A stretch of DNA of 64,000 nucleotides from Ignavibacterium sp. (GTDB lineage: Bacteria > Bacteroidota > Ignavibacteria > Ignavibacteriales > Ignavibacteriaceae), in NCBI RefSeq assembly GCF_037440165.1, contig NZ_JBBIUQ010000015.1, positions 12,491 to 76,490 on the forward strand, read 5' to 3'. The notes under the pieces were generated by a model. That model worked only from the letters and a program-made list of their open reading frames with translations. It did not search any database and was not told where the DNA came from. The position numbers and the translations under genes are program-made. This document shows, one piece after another, positions 55,180 through 64,000 of this stretch; the first letter of the stretch is position 1, and each line of letters opens with the position of its first letter.

Positions 55180-55329
55180 AAAAAATTAAAATATTTACTT
55201 TACTAATCTAATTAAATTGAAATCATTTACTTTATTAACTTATTGTGTAAGAATTTGTCATTTCAAAATTATCTGAACCAAATAGTCATAAATCAAAGAG
55301 GTATGATTTAATTATTAGAAGTGAGTTTT

Positions 55330-55337
55330 TATATTTG
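55330..55337 (+). promoter_or_regulatory. Candidate -7 promoter element TATATTTG (TAnnTTTG) for the 2-oxoacid dehydrogenase cluster
   Basis: Exact motif 36 nt upstream of the ATG at 55373. Confidence 0.4.
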
Positions 55338-55372
55338 TCACGCAAATAATAACTAATCAGGAAGTATCTTTA

Positions 55373-56776
55373 ATGGCTAATCACTATCAAATTGCCGTTT
55401 TGGGAGGCGGACCCGGCGGTTATGTTGCAGCCATACGCGCTGGTCAACTTGGCTTTAAAACAGTTGTTATTGATAAAGATAATTTGGGTGGAATTTGTTT
55501 GAATTGGGGTTGTATTCCAACGAAATCCTTATTGAAAAATGCAGAAATTTATGACACAGTTAAAAATCACGGGAACGATTTTGGGATTAGTGCGAAAGGA
55601 CTAACTTTTTCATTTAAGGATATTATTAAAAGAAGTCGTGATATTGCTGATAGAATATCGAAAAATGTTGAACTTCTTGTTAAGAAAAACAAAGTTGACA
55701 GAATAAGAGGATTTGGTAAACTCATTAGTCAGAACCAGATTGATGTCTTTGATAAAGATGGTAAAAAGACTGAAACAATTACTGCTGACAAAATAATCAT
55801 TGCAACCGGTGCACAACCAAGAACAATTCCCCAGATTCCAATTGACAGAAAAAATATTATCACAAGTACAGAAGCGATGATATTGGAAGAACTTCCCAAA
55901 GAATTAATTGTAATTGGTGCAGGTGCTATCGGAATTGAGTTTGCATACTTTTATAATGTGCTGGGAACAAAAGTTACTATTGTTGAGATGCTGGAAAATA
56001 TTTTACCAATTGAAGATAAAGAAGTATCTCAGACACTTGAGAAAAATTTTAAGAAAAGAGGAATTGAAATTTATACCAGTTCTGTTGTTGAGAAAGCTGA
56101 AGTTAAGGGGAAGAAAGTTAATGTTATTATAAATCAAGATGGTCAAAAGAGAGAATTAACAGCGGATAAAGTTTTAAGTGCAATCGGAGTTGTTGGTAAT
56201 GTTGAAGGTTTTGGTTTGGAAGAACTTGGAGTTGAGATTTACAAAAATCATATTAAAGTTGATAAGAATACTTATCAGACGAATATTCCAAATATTTATG
56301 CGATTGGAGATGTTATTGGTCCGCCTTGGTTGGCTCATGTTGCTTCAGCAGAAGGAATTCATTGTGTGGAAGGAATAAAAGGAATAAAAAATCCGCCGAT
56401 TGATTATGAAAACATTCCTGGCTGCACTTATTGTCAGCCACAAGTAGCAAGTGTTGGTTTAACAGAGCAAAAAGCAAAAAAACTTGGATATGAAATTAAA
56501 GTTGGTAAGTTTCCATTTTTGGCAAGTGGAAAGGCATTTGCAGTTGGGGAAAGGGAAGGATTTGTAAAATTAATTTTTGATGCAAAGTATGGAGAAATTT
56601 TAGGTGGACATATCATCGGAAGCCAAGCAACAGAATTAATTGCTGAAGTTGCTTTAGCGAGAGCTCTGGAAGCAACTGGTCATTCTATTATTAAAACTGT
56701 TCACGCTCATCCGACTCTATCAGAATCAATTATGGAAGCAGCAGCAAATGCTTACGGAGAGGCGATACATATTTAA
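55373..56776 (+). CDS. lpdA: Dihydrolipoyl dehydrogenase (E3)
   Basis: FAD motif GGGPGGYVAAIRAGQLG, redox disulfide CLNWGCIPTK, and C-terminal HAHPTLSE. Confidence 0.95.
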   Translation: MANHYQIAVLGGGPGGYVAAIRAGQLGFKTVVIDKDNLGGICLNWGCIPTKSLLKNAEIYDTVKNHGNDFGISAKGLTFSFKDIIKRSRDIADRISKNVELLVKKNKVDRIRGFGKLISQNQIDVFDKDGKKTETITADKIIIATGAQPRTIPQIPIDRKNIITSTEAMILEELPKELIVIGAGAIGIEFAYFYNVLGTKVTIVEMLENILPIEDKEVSQTLEKNFKKRGIEIYTSSVVEKAEVKGKKVNVIINQDGQKRELTADKVLSAIGVVGNVEGFGLEELGVEIYKNHIKVDKNTYQTNIPNIYAIGDVIGPPWLAHVASAEGIHCVEGIKGIKNPPIDYENIPGCTYCQPQVASVGLTEQKAKKLGYEIKVGKFPFLASGKAFAVGEREGFVKLIFDAKYGEILGGHIIGSQATELIAEVALARALEATGHSIIKTVHAHPTLSESIMEAAANAYGEAIHI

Positions 56777-56870
56777 TAAATAGACTTTCTCAAGATTAAA
56801 AATTAAAGAATAGAATATTCCGTTGTTAGTTTATTAAATATAAAATTTGAGTTATAAAGACTGTTAACAA

Positions 56871-57566
56871 ATGATAAATCGAAATTTGACATATTGTGAT
56901 TTAGGTTTTATTGATTATAAGGAAACCTGGGATTTACAATATCATTTTCATCAGATGAGAGTTGAAAACCAGATTTCTGATTTATTGCTTTTACTCGAGC
57001 ATCCGAATACTTACACTTTAGGCAAAACCGGACATATTGAAAATCTGATTGGCGGTAAAGATTTTCTTCAAAAAAATGATATAGCAGTTTATAACATCGA
57101 TAGAGGTGGTGATATAACTTATCACGGACCCGGACAAATTGTAGGTTATCCAATAATTAATCTTTCAGATTGGTTTCAGGATTCACATAAATATTTAAGG
57201 ACGCTTGAAGAAATTATAATCAAAGTATGCAATGACTATAATCTTGATGCAAAAAGAATTGAAGGTTTAACAGGTGTGTGGATTGAAGAACGGAAGATTG
57301 CAGCAATTGGTATCAAGATAAGCCGTTGGGTCACGATGCACGGCTTTGCTTTTAATGTTAATACCAATCTTGAATTGTTTAATGGAATTATACCTTGCGG
57401 AATTTCTGATAAAAGTGTTACATCATTACAGAAAGAAGTGGGAAGAATTATTCCAATTGATGAAGTTAAAGAAAAAATTACTAAACATTTTATCTCTCAT
57501 TTTGAATATGATAAACTTGAGATAATTATGAAAAAAAGTTTATTAAATCCTTCAATGAAAAACTGA
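56871..57566 (+). CDS. lipB: Lipoyl(octanoyl) transferase
   Basis: RGGDITYHGPGQIVGYPI motif and catalytic region KIAAIGIKISRWVTMHGFAFNV. Confidence 0.9.
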   Translation: MINRNLTYCDLGFIDYKETWDLQYHFHQMRVENQISDLLLLLEHPNTYTLGKTGHIENLIGGKDFLQKNDIAVYNIDRGGDITYHGPGQIVGYPIINLSDWFQDSHKYLRTLEEIIIKVCNDYNLDAKRIEGLTGVWIEERKIAAIGIKISRWVTMHGFAFNVNTNLELFNGIIPCGISDKSVTSLQKEVGRIIPIDEVKEKITKHFISHFEYDKLEIIMKKSLLNPSMKN

Positions 57567-57577
57567 AAGGTTTTTTA

Positions 57578-59686
57578 ATGGCAAAAAAATCAAACACTCA
57601 AACAGCAAAAGTCAAATCAAATCTGAAACCGACAAATGGTAAATCAGTTTCTGTAAAACTAAAAGCAGGAACTAAAGAATTTTCTAAAGATGAATTGCTT
57701 CATATTCTTAAAATGATGTTAAAAGCCAGATCTCTTGATAACAAGGCAATGAATTTACTTCGACAGGGAAAAACATTTTTTCATATTGCAGCTTCCGGAC
57801 ATGAAGCTGTGCAGGTTGCGATCGGTTTATCATTAGATCCTCATAAAGATTGGTTGTTTCCATACTATAGAGATTTAGGAACAGTTTTAACCTCTGGAAT
57901 TACACCTGAAGAAGTTTTCCTTCAAACCTTTGCAAAAGCTTCTGACCCTGCAAGCGGAGGAAGACAACTTCCTGTTCATTGGGGCTCAAAAAGAATTAAT
58001 CTGCCAACACAATCTTCACCAACCGGAACACAATTTTTACAAGCAGTCGGAACAGCTTTAGCTTCTGTAAAAAGAGGTGAAAGAAATGTTTCTTATGTAA
58101 GCAGTGGTGAAGGTACAACAAGTCAGGGTGAATTTCACGAAGCAGTAAACTGGGCGAGCCGTGAAAAACTACCGGTTTTATTTGTTATTCAGAATAACAA
58201 ATATGCAATATCGGTTCCGGTTAGTGCTCAAAGCGGTGGTAAAGGACATTCAATTGCTGAAATGATGGCGGGCTTTGGTAATCTTCACAGAATTAAAATT
58301 GATGGAACAGATTTCTTTGAATCATATGAAAAAGTTCAGGAAGCCATTGAATATATAAAGAGTGGAAAAGGTCCCGCACTGATTGAAGCTGAAGTTGTGC
58401 GGCTTCAGTCTCATTCATCTTCTGACGATCAGAAAAAGTATCGCGATGAAAAAGAAATTGAAGAGGATATGAAAAAATGTCCCATTGAAAAATTCGCTAA
58501 AGTTTTGATGGCAAAGGGAATCTTAACTGAAGATGAATATGCAGAAATCAAGAAAGAGATCAATGATGAAATAAATGAAGCTGCTGATAATGCATTCAGA
58601 GCACCTGATCCAAAACCTGAAGAGGCTGTAAAATTCGTTTATGATGAAAGTGGATTTAAGGAATCTTTGGAATATGAAAAAACAGAGCCATCAGGAAATA
58701 AAATCGTGATGGTAGATGCAATTAATCACGCTCTGCATGAAGAAATGGAAAGAAATCCGGATATGTACATTTTTGGTGAAGACATTGAAGATGGAAAAGG
58801 TGGAGTATTTACAGCAACAAAAGGACTATCAACCAGATTTACAAGAAAAAGAGTATTCAATTCACCGCTTGCTGAAGCAAGTATAATGGGTGTTGCAATC
58901 GGAATGGCATTTACAGGTTTAAAACCGGTCGTTGAAATTCAGTTTGGTGATTATATCTGGCCTGCATTTATGCAAATGAAAGATGAACTTGCAACCATTC
59001 GTTATCGCTCCAACAACGCTTGGGAAACTCCTGTTGTCACTCGTGTTGCAGTTGGTGGTTACATTCACGGAGGTTTATATCACAGTCAGAATATTGAATC
59101 AATATTTGCACATGTTCCCGGAATCTTCATTGCATATCCTTCAAACGCTGCTGATGCAAAAGGTTTATTAAAAACCGCTTGCAGAATTAAAGATCCGGTA
59201 TTATTCTGTGAACATAAAGGCTTGTACAGACAAAGCTTTGCAATGACTCCTGAGCCCGATGAAAATTATTTAATTCCATTTGGTAAAGCCAAAGTTGCAA
59301 AAGAAGGAACTGATTTAACTGTGGTTTCGTGGGGAGTAAGTTTTTGGGACGCTATGCTTGCTGCAAAAAAACTTGAAGAGGAAGAAGGTTACTCAGTTGA
59401 AGTGATTGATATAAGAACCATTATTCCTCTTGATGAAGAAACTATTTATAACTCTGTTAAAAAAACAAATAAAGTTATTGTTATTCATGAGGATACATTT
59501 ACGGCAGGTTTCGGTGCCGAGATTGCAGCAAGAATTTCGGATAATTGTTTCAGATTTTTAGATGCGCCGGTAAAAAGAACTGCAGCAAAGGATGCTCATA
59601 TTCCTTATTCACCAATTCTTGAAAATGCTGTGCTTCCAAATCGTGATGAAATTTATAAGGGAATTAAAAATCTGCTATTGTATTAA
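57578..59686 (+). CDS. 2-oxoacid dehydrogenase E1 component, fused alpha/beta subunits (TPP-dependent)
   Basis: The N-terminal half has the E1-alpha TPP region SGEGTTSQGEFHEAVNWA...VIQNNKYAIS. The C-terminal half has E1-beta VFNSPLAEASIMGVAIGMAFTGLKPVVEIQFGDYI. 702 aa. Confidence 0.9.
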   Translation: MAKKSNTQTAKVKSNLKPTNGKSVSVKLKAGTKEFSKDELLHILKMMLKARSLDNKAMNLLRQGKTFFHIAASGHEAVQVAIGLSLDPHKDWLFPYYRDLGTVLTSGITPEEVFLQTFAKASDPASGGRQLPVHWGSKRINLPTQSSPTGTQFLQAVGTALASVKRGERNVSYVSSGEGTTSQGEFHEAVNWASREKLPVLFVIQNNKYAISVPVSAQSGGKGHSIAEMMAGFGNLHRIKIDGTDFFESYEKVQEAIEYIKSGKGPALIEAEVVRLQSHSSSDDQKKYRDEKEIEEDMKKCPIEKFAKVLMAKGILTEDEYAEIKKEINDEINEAADNAFRAPDPKPEEAVKFVYDESGFKESLEYEKTEPSGNKIVMVDAINHALHEEMERNPDMYIFGEDIEDGKGGVFTATKGLSTRFTRKRVFNSPLAEASIMGVAIGMAFTGLKPVVEIQFGDYIWPAFMQMKDELATIRYRSNNAWETPVVTRVAVGGYIHGGLYHSQNIESIFAHVPGIFIAYPSNAADAKGLLKTACRIKDPVLFCEHKGLYRQSFAMTPEPDENYLIPFGKAKVAKEGTDLTVVSWGVSFWDAMLAAKKLEEEEGYSVEVIDIRTIIPLDEETIYNSVKKTNKVIVIHEDTFTAGFGAEIAARISDNCFRFLDAPVKRTAAKDAHIPYSPILENAVLPNRDEIYKGIKNLLLY

Positions 59687-59739
59687 TTCAACTGACAATC
59701 ACAACAAATTGAAATAAAATTTTTTACAGGAGATAACAA

Positions 59740-61428
59740 ATGGATATCATAATGCCGAAGATGGGTGAAAGTGTTAATGAAGGCACAATCATCAAATGGC
59801 ATAAGAAACCCGGCGATAAAGTAAAAAGAGATGAAATAATTTTTGAAATATCTACCGATAAAGTAGATACTGAAATTCCTGCTCCTGCTGATGGAGTTTT
59901 ATCTGAAATTCTTGTTAAGGAAGGTGAAACAGTTGAGGTCGGAACTGTTGTTGCAAAGCTTCTCACTGATGGAGAAGAATCTTCAGCACCGACTGAAGTT
60001 AAAACATCGCGACAGGAAGTGACCGAGAAAAAAGAAGAACCAACTGAAATGGTTTCTGTAGCTGAGACTAAATCTGAAGGCTCAAAAATTCAGCAAGCAA
60101 ACATAATTGAAATTGCAATGCCTAAAATGGGCGAATCAGTTATGGAGGGCACGATAATTAAGTGGCATAAAAAAGTTGGCGATAAAGTAAGAAAAGATGA
60201 AACGATTTTTGAGATAAGCACTGATAAAGTTGATACAGAAATTCCGTCTCCTGAAGAAGGAACATTAGTTGAGATACTCGTTGGAGAGCAGGAGACAGTT
60301 GCTGTTGGAACTATAGTTGCAAAATTGTCTGTTGGAAGCGAAGCTATGCTGCCATCTCAAGCGGAAATAAAAGAAGAAAAAGTTGAAGAAGAAATTCCTG
60401 TTGCAATGCACGATAACTTTTCTTCTATGAAACAAACAAGAGATGAATTTACTCCGACTGACAAATTTTATTCTCCGTTAGTTTTAAGCATAGCAGAAAA
60501 AGAAAATGTAAGTTTTGATGAACTTAATAAAATCAAAGGTACTGGTATTGATGGAAGAGTTACGAAAAAAGATATTCTTGCTTTTATCGAACAAAGAAAA
60601 TTAAAGTCAGAAAAACCGGTTGAAGAAGCACCTAAATTAACTCAACAAACAATTTCTAAGGCTGCAGCCCCTTCGCCATCATTTGTACCTGAAACTGCTC
60701 AATCAGCTTACTCAAGTACTGATGTAGTAAAAATTCCGATGGATAATATCAGAATGAAAATAATGGAACATATGGTTCACAGCAGAGATACTTCTGTGCA
60801 TGTTACAAGTATGATTGAAGCTGATATTACGAGGATACACTATTTTATCAATGCGAAGAAAGATGAATATCTTGCGAAGGAAAATGTTAAACTAACTTAT
60901 ATGGCATTTATTGCTGATGCAGTTGTCAAATCGCTGAAGAAATATCCTCTGCTCAATTCAACAATAGATGGTAATACAATTCTTCAAAAGAAATTTATCA
61001 ACCTTGGAATCGCAGTTGCGATTGAACCAACTGGTTTGATTGTCCCTAACATTAAAGGAGCAGGTGAAAGAAACACTATCGGATTAGCAAAAGCGATAGC
61101 TGATTTAGCTAACCGTGCAAGAACCAAAAAACTTACTCCGGATGATATTTCAAACGGAACGTTTACAATTACAAATTATGGAGTATTCGGAACAATTTTC
61201 GGTACACCGATAATCAATCAGCCCGAAGTAGCAATACTTGGTGTTGGAACCGTTCAGAAAAAACCAGTTGTTATTGAGGTTAATGGTTCAGATTCAATTG
61301 CAGTAAGACACATTGTTGCTCTTACACTTTCACACGATCACAGATTAATTGATGGAATGTTAGGAGGTTTGTTCCTTAAGTCAATTAAAGAAATTCTGGA
61401 AAATTTTGAGCCGGAAAATTTTAATTAA
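59740..61428 (+). CDS. Dihydrolipoamide acyltransferase (E2) with two lipoyl domains
   Basis: Two copies of MPKMGES...EISTDKVDTEIP (lipoyl-Lys in TDKV). Subunit-binding domain SPLVLSIAEKENV. Catalytic motif SHDHRLIDG. Confidence 0.95.
   Translation: MDIIMPKMGESVNEGTIIKWHKKPGDKVKRDEIIFEISTDKVDTEIPAPADGVLSEILVKEGETVEVGTVVAKLLTDGEESSAPTEVKTSRQEVTEKKEEPTEMVSVAETKSEGSKIQQANIIEIAMPKMGESVMEGTIIKWHKKVGDKVRKDETIFEISTDKVDTEIPSPEEGTLVEILVGEQETVAVGTIVAKLSVGSEAMLPSQAEIKEEKVEEEIPVAMHDNFSSMKQTRDEFTPTDKFYSPLVLSIAEKENVSFDELNKIKGTGIDGRVTKKDILAFIEQRKLKSEKPVEEAPKLTQQTISKAAAPSPSFVPETAQSAYSSTDVVKIPMDNIRMKIMEHMVHSRDTSVHVTSMIEADITRIHYFINAKKDEYLAKENVKLTYMAFIADAVVKSLKKYPLLNSTIDGNTILQKKFINLGIAVAIEPTGLIVPNIKGAGERNTIGLAKAIADLANRARTKKLTPDDISNGTFTITNYGVFGTIFGTPIINQPEVAILGVGTVQKKPVVIEVNGSDSIAVRHIVALTLSHDHRLIDGMLGGLFLKSIKEILENFEPENFN
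59752..60330 (+). repeat. Internal tandem duplication (366-bp period) encoding the two lipoyl domains of E2
   Basis: 59752-59964 and 60118-60330 align at both DNA and protein level (ATGCCGAAGATGGGTGAAAG... versus ATGCCTAAAATGGGCGAATC...). Confidence 0.8.
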
Positions 61429-61470
61429 GTATTGTAATAATTTTAGAATGTTCAGAAAGAATTTTTATTT

Positions 61471-62388
61471 ATGCAAAAAATAAATCAACATCAGAAAGCT
61501 TTCAAAGAACAGATTGAACAATCGAGAAAAGAACAAGTCAAAAGACCTGAATGGCTTAAGGTAAAGCTTCCGACAGGAGAAAATTATGCAGATGTAAAAA
61601 ATCTGATGAGAAGACAAAAACTCAACACTGTTTGTGAGGAAGCCCGATGTCCGAACATTGCAGAGTGCTGGAATCATCGTTCAGCAACTTTCATGATTCT
61701 CGGTGATACTTGTACACGCAGCTGTGGTTTTTGCAATGTTAAACTTGGTATTCCAAATGAACTCGATATAAATGAACCTTACCGTGTTGTTGAGTCTGTT
61801 ATTGAATTGGATTTACGTCATGTTGTAATAACATCGGTTAACCGCGATGAATTAAAAGATGGCGGAGCAACTATCTTTAAAGAATGTGTAAGATTAATCC
61901 GTGAAAGAAAGCCTGATTGCACAGTTGAAATTCTCATTCCTGACTTCAAAGGTGATGAAAATGCTTTTGATATTATTATGCAAAGTCCACCGGATATTTT
62001 GAATCACAATCTTGAAACTGTTCCAAGACTATATCATGCTGTTCGTCCTCAGGCCAAATATGAAAGAAGTTTGAATCTCATCAGATGGTTCAAGGATAAA
62101 GGATTGAAAACAAAAAGCGGAATAATGGTTGGCATCGGAGAAAAACCAGAAGAAGTCTTAGAGTTGATGAAAGATTTAGTTGCTCACGGTTGTGATATTT
62201 TAACTATCGGACAATATCTGCAGCCAACCAAAGCGCATTTACCTGTAGACAGATTTGTAACGCCCGATGAATTCGCAATGTATAAACAAGAAGGTTTGAA
62301 AATCGGATTCAGAATCGTTGAATCCGCACCATTAGTTCGAAGTTCATATCACGCAGATCAGCATGCGAGGGCAATATTTGAAAAATAA
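61471..62388 (+). CDS. lipA: Lipoyl synthase (radical SAM)
   Basis: N-terminal cluster CEEARCPNIAECW and radical-SAM motif CTRSCGFC; 305 aa. Confidence 0.95.
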   Translation: MQKINQHQKAFKEQIEQSRKEQVKRPEWLKVKLPTGENYADVKNLMRRQKLNTVCEEARCPNIAECWNHRSATFMILGDTCTRSCGFCNVKLGIPNELDINEPYRVVESVIELDLRHVVITSVNRDELKDGGATIFKECVRLIRERKPDCTVEILIPDFKGDENAFDIIMQSPPDILNHNLETVPRLYHAVRPQAKYERSLNLIRWFKDKGLKTKSGIMVGIGEKPEEVLELMKDLVAHGCDILTIGQYLQPTKAHLPVDRFVTPDEFAMYKQEGLKIGFRIVESAPLVRSSYHADQHARAIFEK

Positions 62389-62537
62389 TTCCAAACAAGC
62401 GCCTTAAAATTTTTTGTGAATTTTACTTCTAATTTTTAAGTGTGGATGTTGCTTAGTTTCTTAACAATTTCTTAATTGATAGAAAGAAAAAATTTTATAT
62501 TTTAACAACCGCAAACTAAAAGTTTAATTGATTTTTA

Positions 62538-64000
62538 ATGAAAATAATTTTACGAATTCTTCTTCTGATTTCTTTCACAAGCTTCATAACTGCTCAGCAA
62601 AATCCTGACAAACTATTAAAACAATTAGACGACGATAATTCCAAATTCACAAATGTTGGTAACATAGGGTTAACAATTACAAATTTTGGAACTTACGGGC
62701 ACGGTTTTACACTTTGGCCCCGTCAACCAAGCTGCGAATATCCAATTGGTTCAGGTATCGAACATATGTTTGATGGTGGTTTGTGGATTGGGGCATTTAC
62801 ATCAAATGATTCGCTCGGAACTGGTAGACAAGGACCTTTTGTAACAACTGCAGCAGTTGATGCTGCATCAGTCTCTGCCAGAGGTGGTGGATTTGAATTT
62901 ACAAACAAACCAGGTGATAGAGTAGTTGAAAGATCGGCACTTCTTGATTCAAAAGTTTACAGCCCACTTGCAGTTTCTCATCAGGATTTTGTTATGGAAT
63001 ACTCTGATACAAGCACAACTCTTTCTGGCGGCGAAATAATTCCTGAACACAATCCAATCGGTGTTGTCATTCATCAGGAATCTTACTCCTGGAATTTATC
63101 CTTCGCAAATAATTTTGTGATTATGAATTACTGGATTAAAAATGTTTCAGGAAAATATCTTGATAGCGTTTTCGTTGGTTTGTGGACTGATGCAGTAGTT
63201 AGAAACACAAATATTACTTCACCGAGAAGCGGTTCTACATTTTTTGACAAAGGTGGAAACGGTTATTCAACAGAATACAAAATTGCTTATGAATTTGATG
63301 CAACTGGTGATATTGGTTTTACAGATAGTTATGTCGGAATTCAATTCCTTGGTTCTTCGACTCCTGTTGATTCAGTAAACTTTGTAAGCTGGCAGTTCAG
63401 AAATACTTCTGATCCCAATCTGTTCGCTCCACAAAATGATGTTGAGCGTTACAGGAAAATGGAAGGATATTTTGGCGGTAATAACAGATTTCCTTATCAG
63501 ATTTCTCCTTCAACACTAAAAAGTCCTTCCAACAGGTCTGTGTTAATCACAGCCGGACCATTCAGAAATATTTTGCCAGGAGATTCAATCAATGTTGTAT
63601 TTGCAATCCTAACTGCAAAAAAATTCGGAACTGATCCGGCAGCTTTAGATAATGAAGAACAAAAGACAAATCTCTACACAAGTGCTGAATGGGCTTTGAG
63701 AGCGTATAACGGAGAAGATCGAAACAGAAATGGAATTATTGATGCCGGCGAAGATTTAGACGGCGATGGTAAAATTACCAGATACATTTTGCCAACCCCA
63801 CCACAAAATCCAAAAGTAAAAGTTGTTCCTGAAAACCAAAAAGCCACCATATATTGGGACAAAAGATCAGAAGAATCGATTGATCCGATTACTGGTGAAA
63901 TAGATTTTGAAGGTTATCGTTTATATAGGACTATGTCTGGTTTTGATTTAACTGAAAGTCAGGATTTAAATGTTTCGTTAGTTAAGCTGGCAGAATTTGA
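62538..64000 (+). CDS. Large secreted hypothetical protein, N-terminal 487 codons; 3' end lies beyond the window
   Basis: Not in the ORF track because there is no stop codon in the window. I translated from ATG 62538 to 63998 without a stop. Signal peptide MKIILRILLLISFTSFITAQ. Calcium-binding-like DRNRNGIIDAGEDLDGDGKI. Confidence 0.75.
   Translation, partial: MKIILRILLLISFTSFITAQQNPDKLLKQLDDDNSKFTNVGNIGLTITNFGTYGHGFTLWPRQPSCEYPIGSGIEHMFDGGLWIGAFTSNDSLGTGRQGPFVTTAAVDAASVSARGGGFEFTNKPGDRVVERSALLDSKVYSPLAVSHQDFVMEYSDTSTTLSGGEIIPEHNPIGVVIHQESYSWNLSFANNFVIMNYWIKNVSGKYLDSVFVGLWTDAVVRNTNITSPRSGSTFFDKGGNGYSTEYKIAYEFDATGDIGFTDSYVGIQFLGSSTPVDSVNFVSWQFRNTSDPNLFAPQNDVERYRKMEGYFGGNNRFPYQISPSTLKSPSNRSVLITAGPFRNILPGDSINVVFAILTAKKFGTDPAALDNEEQKTNLYTSAEWALRAYNGEDRNRNGIIDAGEDLDGDGKITRYILPTPPQNPKVKVVPENQKATIYWDKRSEESIDPITGEIDFEGYRLYRTMSGFDLTESQDLNVSLVKLAEF

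Overview
AT-rich, gene-dense chromosomal segment with about 55 protein genes and one tRNA-Ala. I recognise no rRNA, CRISPR array, transposase, integrase or phage gene. Gene content (DUF4835/PorD-like and PorV/PorQ-like outer-membrane proteins, fused E1 alpha/beta 2-oxoacid dehydrogenase, short-type HmgA) and recurrent TAnnTTTG motifs upstream of start codons suggest an FCB-group bacterium, Ignavibacteria/Bacteroidota-like; this is inference only. Order of blocks: murA 3' end; membrane HExxH/TPR protein; CCA-adding enzyme; TolC-HlyD-ABC-FtsX-FtsX efflux operon; HhH-domain beta-barrel, second barrel and DUF4835; cyclophilin fusion; GNAT-like, alpha-oxoamine synthase and SDR triad; tRNA-Ala; MATE, SpoIID, Maf, YtxH, EF-G paralogue and HIT housekeeping genes; DUF58; phosphohexomutase; homogentisate pathway plus acetoacetyl-CoA synthetase; Rieske protein plus a cytochrome b fused to a ~12-haem cytochrome c; phosphatase; MerR(Cys-rich)-PsrABC-like-YeeE/YedE-rhodanese-FadL sulfur locus; 2-oxoacid dehydrogenase complex interleaved with lipB and lipA; and a large secreted protein running off the window. 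Most noteworthy: (1) the Rieske/cytochrome b-multihaem fusion; (2) the sulfur-reductase locus, with a Cys-rich MerR regulator and a rhodanese-like protein whose only cysteine is its C-terminal residue; (3) a possible bacterial ceramide-type gene triad; (4) two ~133-bp nested-hairpin repeat elements sharing 12-bp terminal inverted repeats; (5) near-zero spacing at five of six convergent gene junctions. All functional calls rest on motifs read from the translated ORFs. No database search was run.
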